Shown here piece by piece: positions 47,801-61,304 of a stretch of DNA of 64,000 nt. A model generated the notes under the pieces. The model worked only from the letters and a program-made list of their open reading frames with translations, was not told where the DNA came from and searched no databases. The DNA comes from Chiloscyllium plagiosum. Taxonomy: Eukaryota. The translations under genes were made by a program, and so were the position numbers. Every line of letters begins with the position of its first letter. Within the stretch, counting starts at the first letter, position 1. The stretch is from positions 210,320-274,319 of the forward strand of contig NC_057760.1 of NCBI RefSeq assembly GCF_004010195.1, in the 5' to 3' direction.

Positions 47801-50800
47801 TAAATTACATCAAACGCTGGACATTTTCTATAAGATTATCTGCTTGTTGAGCAGCTGCCCTTTTGCAAACAGTCTTTCTGGGTTATGATCATCTAATTTT
47901 CCTACTCATTCAAACCGCCTCCTTGCCTGACTGAAATTAAACAGCAGATGGCTTCTGGCTCACTGTCACATGGACCATTCTGCACTTACTTGTCCCACAC
48001 TCGCTCTGGGGGGGTGGGCCGTGTTACTTGCAGTAAAGTGGGGTTCCTACTTGGTTACTTGTGTAATTATGCTTTCCACTTCTTGACTTTTGGTACTTAC
48101 CAATCAGTGATGTAACATAAGTTGTTTAAACATTTTCTGTAACTCTTTTAAACGTGTTGTCTCTAGAAAAATATCAGCGTTTTTTGTTTGTCTCATTCCT
48201 CCCTTGCCCCCCCCCAACAAATTGGTCCTAACAATTCTTCACCCAACCTCTGGGAAACCAAAACAGAGACTAGATTGAGTATTAATGGGCTCTGGGAGCT
48301 GGCAAGAAATCAATCTGTGTAGAGTTGTGAATAATAGATCAGTGCAATGGGTCTCAGTCTTGCTCTGAATTGGTTGCTGGGGAAAGGCAGACAACCCACA
48401 TTCATGTGACTGCTCTGTGGCTTCACAGAATTTAAACTATTTACCACCATGTTGTGTGACATGGAAGTGCAGAGCACTTTGGGTAGGATGAGTTGGAGAG
48501 TTTATTCTGAGATAGTGGCAGAGGTGCAGACAGATTTTTGATTTTCTACAGAGTTAGGGGCAGACAGAAAAGTGAGTTTCAGGGAATGATTGGGTCAGCC
48601 TTGATCTTGAATGATGAAGCAGGCTGGAGGCGCTGAATGGTTTACTCCTATTTTCTTATGTTGATACGGTATTGAAAGAACTCGACTTTCTCCAACCCAT
48701 TTGTTTGCAGCTGTGTGCTGGTCCTGGTACAGCTAGTATATTCTGTGGCAGCTGTGGGCTTTTCATTTCCTCGCACCCTCCTTTGCATGCTTTTTCTGTA
48801 TCAGTTAATTTTGTTTATTCTCTTTTTGCTCTCGATCTCTCTTGATTGAATCCTAACTCTGAGATGGTGATCTTGTCGGTTTTTCTCTCCATTAACTCTG
48901 CACGTTGTCTGCCATTTTCTGCTAAGCCACATGTCTCTTTGTGCTGAAAGGGTCATTTGTATATGAATCCTAAATCTTTTATACGAGGTACTCCAACTTT
49001 AGGAGCCAGCTGAGCTAACAGTGACTGGAGGGAGATGCAGTTAAAGAACCTTATGGTGAAAAGCTGAGCAGTGTGGAATCGTGGAACAACACAGCACAGA
49101 GGGAGGCTGTTCAAGAGTAGAACTGTTGATGTGCATGATAGTGTTGCTATTTGGACAGCAGTTAGCTTCTGATGGATACCATTCAGCGCCTTGGGCCTGT
49201 TGTCCCATTTAGTTTGAATTGTCTTAGCTCCACCTTCCTGGTCCCCTAACCTTTAATTCGGTAGCCCAACAAAAAAAAAACTCAATCAGGATTGGGTGTG
49301 ATGCTTTTGCAGCCAGTGATCTATAACCTCTCCATCAAATCAAGAAAGTAGGAGCAGACCATTTGCCCCTTCACATTTGCTCCACTACTCCAAGGCAATC
49401 ATGGTTGGATCTCCTGTCTGAATGCCATATTCCCGTTCTTTCTCCATACCTAAAAAACTGTCAACATTTTTCTTGAATGTACAGAGCCAGCGTCCGCAGG
49501 CCGACCACCCTCTTGAGTGAGTAAATATTTCCTCATTCTCATGTCTAAGTGATTGGCACCTGCAACAATAACATAGGGGGGAAAGGAGAGATATAGGGGC
49601 AGGAGTCGGCCATTTGACCCTCTGAGCCTGCTCCACTATTCAGGGTATGCAAGGCCGATCACCCAACTCAACAGCCTGTTTCTGCATTTCACCCCACATC
49701 CTTTTTGATTACTTTAGCCCCAAGTGCTATGTCCTCCTTTAAATCGGTCAGCAGTCACATAACACCAGGTTATAGTCCAACAAGCTTTCCGAACACTGCT
49801 CCACTTTACCTGATGAAGGAGCAGCACTCCAAAAGCTTGCGAATTCGAATAAATCTGATGGACCATAACCTGGCGTCGACCTTGTCCACTCCAGTCCAAC
49901 ACCAGCACCCCCACATCGTCTTGAACTCGAGTAATAGGAATGTACAGGATAGATGCACACCCTTCTGTCCAACTCGTCCATGCCAATCAAGTATACTAAA
50001 TTAAACTAGTCACAGCATTTGGCTCATTTCCCTCTAAACCCTTCCTATTCATTTATCCATCCATATGCCTTTTAAATGTGGTATTTGTACCAGCCTCCAC
50101 CACTTCCTCAGGCAGCTCGTTTCAGACATGCACCACCCTCTGCATGAAAAAGCTGCCCCTCAGGTCCCTTTTAAGTTGTTCCCCTTTCTCATCTTAAACT
50201 TATGCCCTCTAGTTTTGGACTTCCCCCACCACCCCAGGGAAAAGACCTTGGTCTACGTACCCTATCTATGCCCCTCGTGATTTTTATATTTTAGAATCAC
50301 CCCTCAGCCTCTGACGCTGCAGGGGGAATAGCAAAGTCATACAATGTTTTGACATTGACAGCTTTCTGTGATAGTGAATTCCACAGACTCACCTCTCTGG
50401 GTGAATAAATTTCTCTCCATCTCAGTCCTAAAAGTTGACTTGATCCCTGGTTCTGGACTCCCTTACCGCTGGGAACCTCGATCATGCATGTATTCTGTGT
50501 AATCCTGTTAGAATATTGTAGGTTTCAGAGAGCCCCCCCCCAACCATTCTTCTGAATTCCAGTAAATAAAATCCTATGCCTCCTATGTCGGTCCCACCAT
50601 CCCAGGAATCCCTCTGGTAAAGTTTTGTTGCACACTCCATAGGAAGCACATCATTCCTCAGATAAGGAGACCATATTCTCGACATGATCTCACCAAGACC
50701 CTGTACAATTGCAACAAGGCATCCCTGTTGCTGTACTCGAATCCTGTTGTGATGAAGGCCACCATACCATTTGCCACCTTCACTGCCTGCTTCACCTGTA

Positions 50801-51639
50801 TGCTTGCTTTCAGTGGTGTATTTCATTACAAATTTCCCTCTCAATTTATTGCCATTTAGATAATCACCTGCTTCCATTTTATTTTCTAGAATTCCTCCTG
50901 AGTGGAAACAGGCCATCAAAGTGGAAACCTCCCAGTTATCCACTCTGTATCTGTTCGCTCACACAGCTTGGCGTAATGTGGGACAAAGCCAGTAAAGCAG
51001 GTGTACGCCACTATTTTTGTTCTTCCCTTGGAGAATGCCATTGTCGTCATCAATTTGCTCACTGCCCTGGTACCAGGTTAGGAGGTGCAGCATCCTATAA
51101 GAAAGGGAAGAGCTAAGGGTCTGGGTAGGGTCACGTTAGAGAGTGGCCAATGAGGAGTTTTGAGGAAATTGAGAGTGAGCTGATAACCGGGGACGATGTG
51201 CTGTAGGAGAGCAGAGTGGGAGTGTACCTGACTGACATCTCTAACAATCTAACTGCAATCATGTTTGACACTTGGAAATTTCGGTTTTTAATTGCAGTGG
51301 CAGAGGTTAGGTTGAGGAAGAGAGGGGGTTGGGGTGGACCTGCTGTATGGGGAAGCTTCAACGTGTTGCCACCCAGTTCTATTTTCCTTTATTACAGTCT
51401 AGTCTACTGAACTAGAGTGTCCCGTGTGGGTAGCAGGGAACTTTGAGGTTGTGCAAGAGGATTGGAACCAGTTTCGCAATGTCATCTGTGTCCCTTGCAG
51501 GCTTATGGATGGCTTATACATCCCACTTTTTCTCCATCTGTTGCCACATAAGTAACGTTTTCCCCTTGTTGAAAATCTGAAACAAAAACAGAAATCGCTG
51601 GAGAACTCTGGTCTGGCAGCATCTGTGCAGAGAAAGTAG

Positions 51640-51962
51640 AGTAGAATCCCTACCATATGGGATCAGGCCATTTGGCTCATTGAGTCCACACCAACGTCCT
51701 TCCCAGACCCATCCCACCCACCACCCTAACCCCGCATTTCCCATGACCTATCTGCCTACACATTCGTGGACGCCGTGGGAACTTTAGCATGGCCAATCCG
51801 CCTAACCCGCGCATCTTTGGACTGTGGGAGGAAACCAGAGCACCTGGACAAGGGGAGAATGTGTAAACTGCACACCGGCAGTCGACCGAAGGTAGAATTG
51901 AACTCAGGTCCCCTGGCATTTGTGAGACAGCAGCGCTAACTACTGAGCCACCATGCTGCCCA
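51640..51962 (-). mobile_element. HE1-type SINE inside the putative 3' UTR
   Basis: Homologous to other copies; splits a Penelope-type palindromic repeat (51570-52065). Confidence 0.75.
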
Positions 51963-52700
51963 AGAACTTGAAACGTTTGCTGGACTCCAAACGTTCACTG
52001 TACTTTCTTTCTCCACAGATGCTGTCAGACCTCCTGAGTTTCTCCAGTAACTTCTGTCTCTGTTAACCTTTTTCTCACGTCTCATATAGATCAAATGTTT
52101 TGTAATTCCCCTGTGCTGAGCAAAAGTGACTGCTGTTTTGTTTTTTAAATTCAAGTGACAGATCAGTGAATTCAAATGTCCTAATCCCAGGGGAGGAAAA
52201 TGCGAGGAACAAAGCATTCTCTCTCAGCTGCCTCTTCCTTTTTTTTCCTCATATTAACCCCAATCCACCCCAGCAGCCAGCGTTGGCAGCTCAAGTATCA
52301 GATTTGTCCTGTGATTGTGTCTAGATGAATTGTCTTGCATCATTCATCCTGCTTTACTCAATACTGTTCTTAATTACTGTTACTATTATCACTCCAAAAC
52401 TTGCATCTTGGCTTTTGTTTATAAATTGGAAAATTTGAGTTTAGTGTTGGTGACCTTTTTTGTTCCAAAAACAAGATCATTGGTGACCGGTTTGGGAAAT
52501 GAATTCCCATTGCTCTCGGCCATGGGGAAGCCTCAAGTTGTATCTGGTGCGCCTTTAGTACAATGTACTGTAATTATCTTGTGTACAGGATTCCGTTAGA
52601 ACTAGCTGCGTTCTTTTTAGAACCTGTACAAAGTGATACAGATTGTTAAATAAATCTTGTATATACATTTTTGTACCATTATTAAGGGCAGACCTTTGCT

Positions 52701-52706
52701 AATAAA
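52701..52706 (+). promoter_or_regulatory. Candidate distal poly(A) signal of GABPB2
   Basis: AATAAA with upstream TGTA elements and downstream U/GU-rich sequence. Confidence 0.5.
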
Positions 52707-54615
52707 ATGCAGAAAAAGAATTGCTTTGTTAGACATGCGTGCTTTTCTTAAAATCCCTTCAAGAGTTGGATGTAATCTCGTTGAGCAACACTTCTGCAAG
52801 CGCTTGGCACATAGTAGCATCTCTACTTGGGTCAAGAACGAACACTGATCAGGTAACCCTTCCAACCGTCGCGCCTGGAGGGCATCCTGCTGTAAATGTC
52901 TGTGATTTAATTGTATTTAATACGTGCAAGATTCACTCAAATGTGCAGCCTTCTCACGTTGCACAGTGTGACTCATTCCCAACAACTGATCAAAGCATCT
53001 CTCCACTCTCCTAAGCAATCAGGTTAGATAGCTTACAATGGGGCACTGTATCAGAAACAAATCATCCAACGGAAACTTAACAGGACTGGAACGGTAAGTT
53101 GACAAAATCAAATCAAAATCACATTGTCTGGCATTGATGGAGAGGCCCAGCCCTCGCAGTGCCCACCAGTCAGTAAAGGACTCCACTGAGTTGGTGGACA
53201 CCACACACTCCCTGTCCTTGGAGGCCACGTACGAATGTAACTGTGAAGGGAGAGGTGGACTGTTTGCTACCACTGCCACCTCCACTGTCTAATGTTTAGC
53301 CAAGGAGAAGGCCCACGAGGGGACCTTCAGTTCTGTCTGCTCTACTCTGCATCGGGTGTCAACAGAGGGGGAGCATGGTCTAAGCATGAACTCACTGACC
53401 CCCTGACTCTGTCCCACTTTCTCTCCTTGACCGGGGAACCTGGCCGTGGATTGTTTACCTAGGATTGTCAACTCTGCTTGGAGATAGTCAGAGACAATTT
53501 GTTCCTAGACATCATCTGATTACTTAGCTTTGGCAATCCATTGGTGAATATTTAATGTTGCCTTCCTGTATTTTTAATGCAGGAAATATGGCTGCCAATT
53601 TACCCACAGCAAGTTCCCAAAGATATCAATTTGACACGGACCAAATTAGTTTCTTTTAGTGACATTAGTTAAGGAATAAATATTGGCTCTAGGACACTTA
53701 GGACACCCAAATGCACACTGAATCTTTTACACCCGCCTGAAATGGATGGTTGGAGGTCTTTGTTTAACACCTTATTTGAAAAACGCCTCAAAAGTCATAG
53801 TCATACAGCACAGAAACAGACCCTTCAGTCGTAAACAGTCCATGCCTACCATAGTCCCCCCTGCCAGTTCCTGGCCCATATCCCTCCAAGTCTTTCCTAT
53901 TCATATACTCATCCAAATGTTTTTTAAATGTTGTAATTGTGTCCACTTCCATCACTTCCTCTGGAAGTTCATTCCACACGCAAAAATAATTTTCCCCTCC
54001 ATTCCTTTTTTATCACCTTAAAAATATGCCCCCTTGTCTTGAAATCTCCCATCCTTGGGAGAAAGGTACTTGCCATTAACCCTATATATACCCTAATGAT
54101 TTAATAAATCCCTAAGATCACCCCTCAACCTCCTGCGCTCCAATGAAAAAATTGCAGCCCGTCTTCGTAAGTCAAACATTCCATACTTGGCAACACCCTG
54201 GTAAATTTCTTCTGACCCCTCTCCAGCTTAATAATATCCTTCCTGTAATAGGGCGAGCAGAACTGGACCCAGCATTCCAGAAGGGGCCTCGCCAGTGTCA
54301 ATATGATGCCCCAACTCCTAAACTCAAAGGACTGAGCAATGAGGGCAAATGTGCTAAATACCTTTCCAACCAACCTTTCTATATGTGATGCAAAGAATTG
54401 TGTCTGAACCCCCTAGGCCCCTCTGTTCTGCAACACTACCCACAGCTCCAACGGCCAAGTTTGGGATATCTCCAAAAGCCAAACATTGCCTACAAGATAA
54501 CATAAATGGAATGTTTCACAATGGGGGGAAAGAGAAGAGGAAAGATTGTGACAAGAGAAAAGTTGGTGCTATGCCATTTAATTAACTTTTTTTAAAAGTG
54601 TTTGGAGCAGAAAGA

Positions 54616-54621
54616 TTTATT
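54616..54621 (-). promoter_or_regulatory. Candidate poly(A) signal of the cortexin gene
   Basis: AATAAA on the - strand about 570 nt after the stop, near the end of a repeat-free block. Confidence 0.5.
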
Positions 54622-55192
54622 TCAGGAACATTGAAGAGGCAACCACAACAAACAAGCAAATGCATAGCTCGTCTCAGGAATGTTGTTACATTCTCGCAAC
54701 GAGTGTGGAAAAGCAGTAACTTGTGCTCCTCGTTTTTCAGATTTCCAGCATTACTGTTGCATCAGATTGGAAATCACCACTTTGTCTCAAGCGCCCCACC
54801 AGCTTGCCAGTCTTGTATCTTTGTTCTCGATTGCCTGTTTTGTTCTCCACACTACTGCCCCAATTGTCGACCTGCACCCTCCCCACCTTCAATGGCACAA
54901 ATTTCTTTGACCTGCAAGTCCCATCAGTCTCCTGTTGCCTTCAGCATTGTGCGCGACAGTCTTCAATCGCTCTTGGCTTCCAATTAAAATTGCTTTCAAA
55001 TTTGACCGCTGTGTTAGCCAACTGGAAAGCCCTCTGTTTGTTACACTGATATTAAGTTGAACCTGTGATTGGGTAATTGGGTGGAATCTGGTGGGTAGGT
55101 TGACTGCAATTCAACGGTAGTGTCCTGCTGAGGAAGAAGGTTGTTAAAGGCAGTCTACTACGACGAGTCCTCTCCCTCAGGCCTGTCTAATT

Positions 55193-55426
55193 TCATGCCA
55201 TTCTGTAGTCCAGTGCTTCTTTCTCCATGTAGTTCGTCCACGTCGAGGATGACATGCTCTGGTAGGGGTCCAACAAGATCCGGAAGCAACGGACGATGAG
55301 AAGGCCCAGGAAGGCGAAGAGGAAGACAACTAAGACTAAGGTGGTCTTCTGCTCTAGGGTTGCATTGGTGAAGCTTGTACTGGCAGCTGACATGGGTAGA
55401 GTACTACTCAGAAGATCTTGGGTCAT
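55193..55426 (-). CDS. Cortexin-family single-pass membrane protein, 77 aa (MTQDLLSS...TLEQKTTLVLVVFLFAFLGLLIVRCFRILLDPYQSMSSSTWTNYMEKEALDYRMA)
   Basis: LEQK-hydrophobic helix-RCFRILLDPY-SM-STW signature of CTXN1-3. ATG at 55426 has A at -3; splice acceptor (ttttcttgcag) with AG at 55495-55494; single coding exon, as in known cortexins. Confidence 0.9.
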   Translation of the reverse strand: MTQDLLSSTLPMSAASTSFTNATLEQKTTLVLVVFLFAFLGLLIVRCFRILLDPYQSMSSSTWTNYMEKEALDYRMA

Positions 55427-56959
55427 GCTGACCCCTTTTGGGCTTATTCCCTGGCAACCATCCAAATCTGTGTTCTGGTCAGCTTCCAAGCATCTGCAAG
55501 AAAATTGAAGCAAATTGAAGTCCCTTGGTGATTTTTATCCGAACGTACCTGACCCCATGAAGTGCTTACGACAGAAAAAGGGCCTTGCGACTGCATGTAA
55601 TTCTGCTCTGTGAGGCCATGCCTTTTCATGATCGCAAGAAAATAGGAGCCAGTGTGTGCCATTTGGCCCTTTGAGCTTGCCACCACTATTCAATGTGATC
55701 ATGGCTGATCATGCAATTTCAATCTCCCACTCTGGCTTTTTCTCCATACCCGCTGATCCCTTTAAGCCACAGGGGCCGTGTCCAGCTCCCTCTTGAATAT
55801 ATCTAACTGACCCCAATAGCTTTCTGTGGGAGAGAATTTCAAAGGTTCGCACCTCTGAGACTGAAGAAATTCTTCCTCATCTCAGTCCTGAATGGCGTAC
55901 CTCTTATTAGACTGTGGCCTCCAGTTCTGGACTTCCCCAACATCGGGAACATTCTTCCCACATTTAGCCTATCCAGGCCCATCCGGATTATATTTGCTTC
56001 TATGTGATACCCCACCCCCAATTCTTCTAAATTCCAGCGAGTACAAGCCCAGTCGATCCCGTCGTTCCTCATACGTCAGTCCTGCCATCCCGGCTATCAG
56101 TCTGGTGAACTTTCACTGGACTCCCTCAATAGTAAGCATGTCCTTTCTCAGACTAGCAGACCAAAACCACGCAGTACTCAAGATTTGGTTTCACCTAGGC
56201 CCTGTATAACTGCAGCAAGACATCCCTACTCCTATACTCCAGTCCTCTTGATATGAAGGCCAGCATGCCATTAGTTTTCCTCACTTTGGATCATCTGCTC
56301 AGACCTCCGATGAATGCCCGTGTGATTATGCCAGGCGGGCATAGAATTTTGCAAGAATGGAGGAGGCCATTCCCATCAGTCCCCTGCCAGCTCTTAGGGA
56401 GGAACTGTCTGGTTTGCCCCACCACCTCCTTGGTCTCTCCCTTTTCAAAGCGAGTTCTCCGGTCCCTCTCCACAAAATCACTGACATGTTCCCCATACCT
56501 AGCTGCCCCTTGAACCGAGTGTGGTATCATTTCAGGGGGCAGCAATCCATCCCCATGGGCCCGGAGTCATGTGGGCCAGACGGCATGAGCACGACCGACT
56601 TCTTTCCCTTGAGGATGTCAGTCAAGCAGATGAATTCAACGATGGAGGCTAGTCTCACAGTCACCATTACTGCGTTGATTAGTTTTCAATTCAGCTTGTT
56701 TTTTTTTTTTATAGAAGGTGTGCTCTTAAACCCAGCTAAACATTTCTTTTTCCCCTGTTATCAAATCACTTTCTGATTCTTTTTATCATCCATTAATCAC
56801 CCCCAGTAAACTATCCCCATGTTTCCAATTGATCAAGCAAAGCCATCATGAGTAATGCAAAGGTGAGAGAGAGTAAGGAATAGCAAGAGAAGATTAAATC
56901 ACAATGGAGTTGGAAATTAAAATTAAGTGTTCTATCCCCTGCAGTGCCCAACTCTTCCC

Positions 56960-59640
56960 TAAAGGCATGCTTGTCTTCATTAGTCCTTTGGAGTATAAGA
57001 GTTGGGCAATCATGTTGAGATTATACACAATGTTGGTGAGGCCTCTTTTGGAGTAGAACATAGGACATAGAATATTACAGCGCAGTACAGGCCCTTCGGC
57101 CCTTGATGTTGCGCCGCCCTGTGAAAACAATCTGAAGCCCATCTAACCTACACTATTCAATTCTTGTCCATATGCCTGTCCAATGACCATTTAAATACAT
57201 GTAAAGTTGGCGAGTCTACAACTGTTGCAGGTGGTGTTCCATGCCCCTCCTACTCTGAGTAAAGCAACTACCTCTGACATCTATCCTATATCTATCACCC
57301 CTCAATTTGAAGCTATGCCCCCACCCCGTGCTGGCCATCATCTGAGGAAAAAGGCTCTCCCTGTCCATCCTCTCTAACCCTGTGATTATCTTTTATATCT
57401 CAATTAAGTTACCTCTCAACCTTCTTCTCTCTAACGAAAACAGCCTCAAGTTGCTTAGTCTTTCCTCGTAAAACCTTTCCTCCATAACAGGCAACATCCT
57501 GGTAAATCTCCTCTGAACCCTTTCCAAAGCTTCCACATCCTTCCTATAATGCGGTGACCAGACTGTATGCAATGCCCCAAGTGTGGCCACACCAGAGTTT
57601 TGTACAGCTGCAGCATGACCTCATGGCTCTGAAACTCAATCCCTGTACCAATAAAAGTTAACACACCATCTGGTTGTCCTGCTACAGGAAGGATATTCAG
57701 AAGAGAAGATTCAGAAGAGATTTACCAGGATGTTGCCAAGTGTGGAAGATTTGACTTACAGGGAGAGGCTGGGATTCTTTTCATCGGTGTGTAGGTGGTT
57801 TATAAAATCATGACGGATATAGGTAAGGTGAATGATAGGTGTGTTTTCCCTAGGGTGGGGATTTCCATAACTCCATAAGATATAGGAGCAGAAATTAGGC
57901 CATTCAGCCCATCGAGTCTGCTCTGCCATTCAATCATGGCTGAAACATTTCTCGATCCCATTCTCCTGCTTTCGCCCCATAGCCCTTGATCACCTTGACA
58001 ATCTATCCATCTCCATCTTAAATATACTCAATTACCTGGCCTCCACAGCCTTCTGTGGCAGTGAATTCTGTAGATTCACCACTCTCTGGCTGATGAAGTT
58101 TCTCCTTATCTCCATTCTAAAAGGTCTTCCCTTTACACTGAGGCTGTGCCCTTGGGTCCTAATCTCTGCTAGCAAAAGAAACATCTTGGTAATATCCACT
58201 CTTTTCCAGGTCATTCAGTATTCTACATGTTTCAATTAGATCCCTCCTCATCCTTCTAAAGTCTATCAGGTATAGACCCAGAGTCTTCAAGTGTTTCTCA
58301 TATGTTAAGCTTTTCATTCCTGGGATCACGCTCACGAACCTTCTCTGAACACACTCCAAGGCTAGTACATCCTTCCTGAGATGTGGGGCACAAAACTGTA
58401 CACAAATGTGGCCTGATCAGAGCGTTACAGAGTCCCATAAGTACATCCCTGCTTTTATATTCAAGTCCTTTCAAAATCAGTGGCACCATTGCATTTGCCT
58501 TCCTAACTACTGACTCAACCTGCAAGTGTACCTTGAGAGAATCCTGGACTAGAACTCCCAAGTCTCTTCGCACTTCAGATTTCTGAATTTTCTCCCCATT
58601 TAGAAAATACTCCATGCTTCAATTCTTCTTACCAAGGTGGAGAAAGTGAGGACTGCAGATGCTGGAGATCAAAGTTGAAACTTTATTGCTGGAACAGCAC
58701 AGCAGGTCAGGCAGCATCCAGGGAACAGGAGATTCGACGTTTCGGGCACAGGCCCTTCTTTAGGAATGCCAAGGTGCATGACCTCGCACTTTCCTACTTT
58801 GTACTCCATCTACCACTTTGTCCACTCTTCTAGCCTGTCCAAATCCTTCTGCAGCCTCTCCACCTCTTCAGTACTACCTGTCCCTCTGCCTATCTTTGTA
58901 TCTCCTGCAAATGTAGCCAGAATGCCCTCATCTAGATCTTTAATGTATAAAGTGAAAAGTTGTGGTCCCAATGCTTGTGGAACACCACTTGTCACTGGCT
59001 ACCATGCTGAGAAAGACCCTTTTATCCCCACTCTCTGCTTTCAGCCAGACAGCCAATCTTCTAACCATGCTAGCACCTTGCATCAAACACTATGGGCCCT
59101 TTATCTTACTCAGCAGCCTCCTGTGCAGCACCTTATCAAAGGCATGGGGATATCTGTTAAGGTGAGCAGAGAGATTTCAAAAGGTGAAGAGAAAATATTT
59201 TACACAGGGAGTGGGCTGTTTATGGGACAATCATCCTGAAGTGGTAGATGTTGGGTACAGTTACAACATTTAAAAGACATTTGGATAAGTGCATGAATAG
59301 GAAAGGTTTGGAGGCATATGGGCCAAGCGTAGGCAGGTGGGGCTAGTTTAGTTTGAGATTATGCACAGCATAGATTGTTTGGACTGGAGGGTCTGTTTCT
59401 GTGCTGTTTGAATGCATGTTGAGGTTGTAAAGGACGTTGGTGAAGCCTCTTTTGCATGACTGTATACAATTCTGGTCGCTGTGTTATAGGAAGGGTATTA
59501 TTAAACTGAAGGAGATTCAGAAGAGATTTACATACCAGGATGTTGCTGGGTATGGACGGTTTGAGAGGCTGGATAGACTGGGACTATTTCATACTACATG
59601 TGAGGGGATCTTCAGTAAGCTGTCCTCCGAGGGATAGGAT
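56960..59640. mobile_element. Cluster of nested CR1 LINE fragments on both strands
   Basis: Multiple RT C-terminal motifs (SGVPQ, FAGDTKIG, VQRRF) and CR1 tails. Confidence 0.8.
58640..58768 (-). mobile_element. Short Penelope-pLTR insert inside CR1
   Basis: 8-bp TSD CCAAGGTG at 58632-39 and 58769-76; same sequence family as 12272-12357. Confidence 0.8.
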
Positions 59641-59659
59641 GTTAGATTAGATTTAGAAT

Positions 59660-59952
59660 GGGGTGGCACGGTGGCTCAGTGGTTAGCATTGCAGCCTCAT
59701 AGCACCAGGGGATCAAGGTTCGATTTCAGCCTCGGGCAACTGTCTGTGTGGAGTTTGCACATTCTCCCCGTGTCTGTGTGGGTTTCCTCCCACATTCCAA
59801 AGGTGTGCAGGTCAGGTGGATCGGCCATGCTAAATTGTCCATAGTGTTATCTGCATCAGTCAGAGGGAGTGGGTGGGCTACTGTTCGGAGGGTCTGTGTG
59901 GACTTGTTGGGCCAAATGGCCTGTTTCCACTCTGTAGGGAATCTGATCTAAT
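59660..59952 (+). mobile_element. HE1-type SINE
   Basis: A and B boxes, V-domain, tail. Confidence 0.85.
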
Positions 59953-60683
59953 TTAATCCAATAACAAAAGAGAGGCAATAGTTCCCATTGCACAAACTCT
60001 CCATAAAACCCTTCCAAATAACTGTCTGGTTCTTGAAATAGCTGAGGTGACTCGTTACATTGGGATGTTAAATCACTGGCCCCCATTGCCATCTTTTCCT
60101 CCTCCTGCCCCCTCCCAGGGCAGGTATCCCAAGACAATCTTTATCTTGCATCCAACATGACTAAGACTAAACCCAGTAAGCCCAGGTCACTCGCTGCTTG
60201 TGGGATCTCACTGTGCATACACAGGCTGTTATGTTCTGTACATTTACAACAGCGAGTGGAGAGATCCTACAGGCTGTGTCCTGACGGTGGTTATTAAACG
60301 CCCCTATCTTCGCTATTCTGAACCAGAAACACACTCATATTGGAAAGGAAAGAGCAGAAAACCTGCAAAACCAAATTAGCAATGTCACGCAAAATGTGTC
60401 AGGTCCATAGATGGAAGTGATTGCTTCTGTGGGCAGGCACCCCAAGGATTAAGAAGGCAGGTCAACTTATTGCAAAGGGAATGCAGTATGGAAGTGAGGA
60501 TTTTTACTAGTTCTGCATGTATGCTGTGAGGAGATAGAGTCTAGAATGAGGGACACAGTTTGAAAGTGAGAGGGTGTGCAGAGTTGGAGAGAGTTTCCTT
60601 GTGAGTCTGTGGAATTCTCAGACCATTGAGTATCTTTAAAGGTAGAGTTAGACAGATTCCTGATGAGGAAGTCAAAGCTTAGA

Positions 60684-60935
60684 GCGGCACGGTGGCTCAG
60701 TGGTTAGCACTGCTGCCTCACAGCGTCAGGGACTTGGGTTCGATTCCCATCACTGTGTGAAGTTTGCACATTCTCCCCATGTCTGTGTGGATTTCCTCTG
60801 GGTGCTCCTGTTTCCTCCCACAGTCACAAAGATACGCAGGTCAGGTGAATTGGCCATGCTAAATTGCCCATAGTGTTAGGTGCATTAGGGATAAATATAG
60901 GGTAGGGGAATGGGTCTGGGTGGGTTACTCTGCGG
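60684..60935 (+). mobile_element. HE1-type SINE, 3' truncated by a CR1 fragment
   Basis: GCGGCACGGTGGCTCAGTGGTTAGCAC head, GGTTCGATTCC B box. Confidence 0.8.
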
Positions 60936-61304
60936 AGTATAATCCTATTCATGTACTTATCCAAATGTATTTCAAATATTCTTATTGTACCTGCATCTAC
61001 CACTTCTTTGGGCAGTTCATTCGATACATGCACCACTCTCTGGTGAAAAAGTTACTTCTCAGAACCCTTTTTAATCTTACCCCTCTTATCTTCAATCTAT
61101 GCCCTCTGGTTTTGGACTCCCCCAACCCAGGGAAAAGACCTTTGCTATTCACCTTACATAAGCCCCTCATGATTTTATAAACCTCTACAGTCACCTCTCG
61201 ACTTCCTACGCTCCAGTGAAAAATGTCCCAGTCTCAACTCAAACCCCCCACTTCCAGTAACATCCTGGTAGATCTTTTCTGCACCCTTTCCAATTGAATA
61301 TTAT

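Larger units (their letters stand above)
44812..52725 (+). other. GABPB2: Probable long GABPB2 3' UTR
   Basis: Largely repeat-poor AU-rich sequence from 44.8 to 48.2 kb and 52.1 to 52.7 kb; ATTAAA at 47371; AATAAA at 52701 preceded by TGTA motifs. Extent is inferred. Confidence 0.5.

Noticed and set aside
54598..55049. Overlapping Cys-rich + strand ORFs
   Set aside because: No recognisable domain or splice structure; they are antisense to the cortexin 3' UTR.
55427..55513. N-terminal extension of the cortexin ORF (106 aa in the ORF track)
   Set aside because: It starts at a non-ATG codon within the polypyrimidine tract and crosses the splice acceptor; the ATG at 55426 gives a normal cortexin length.
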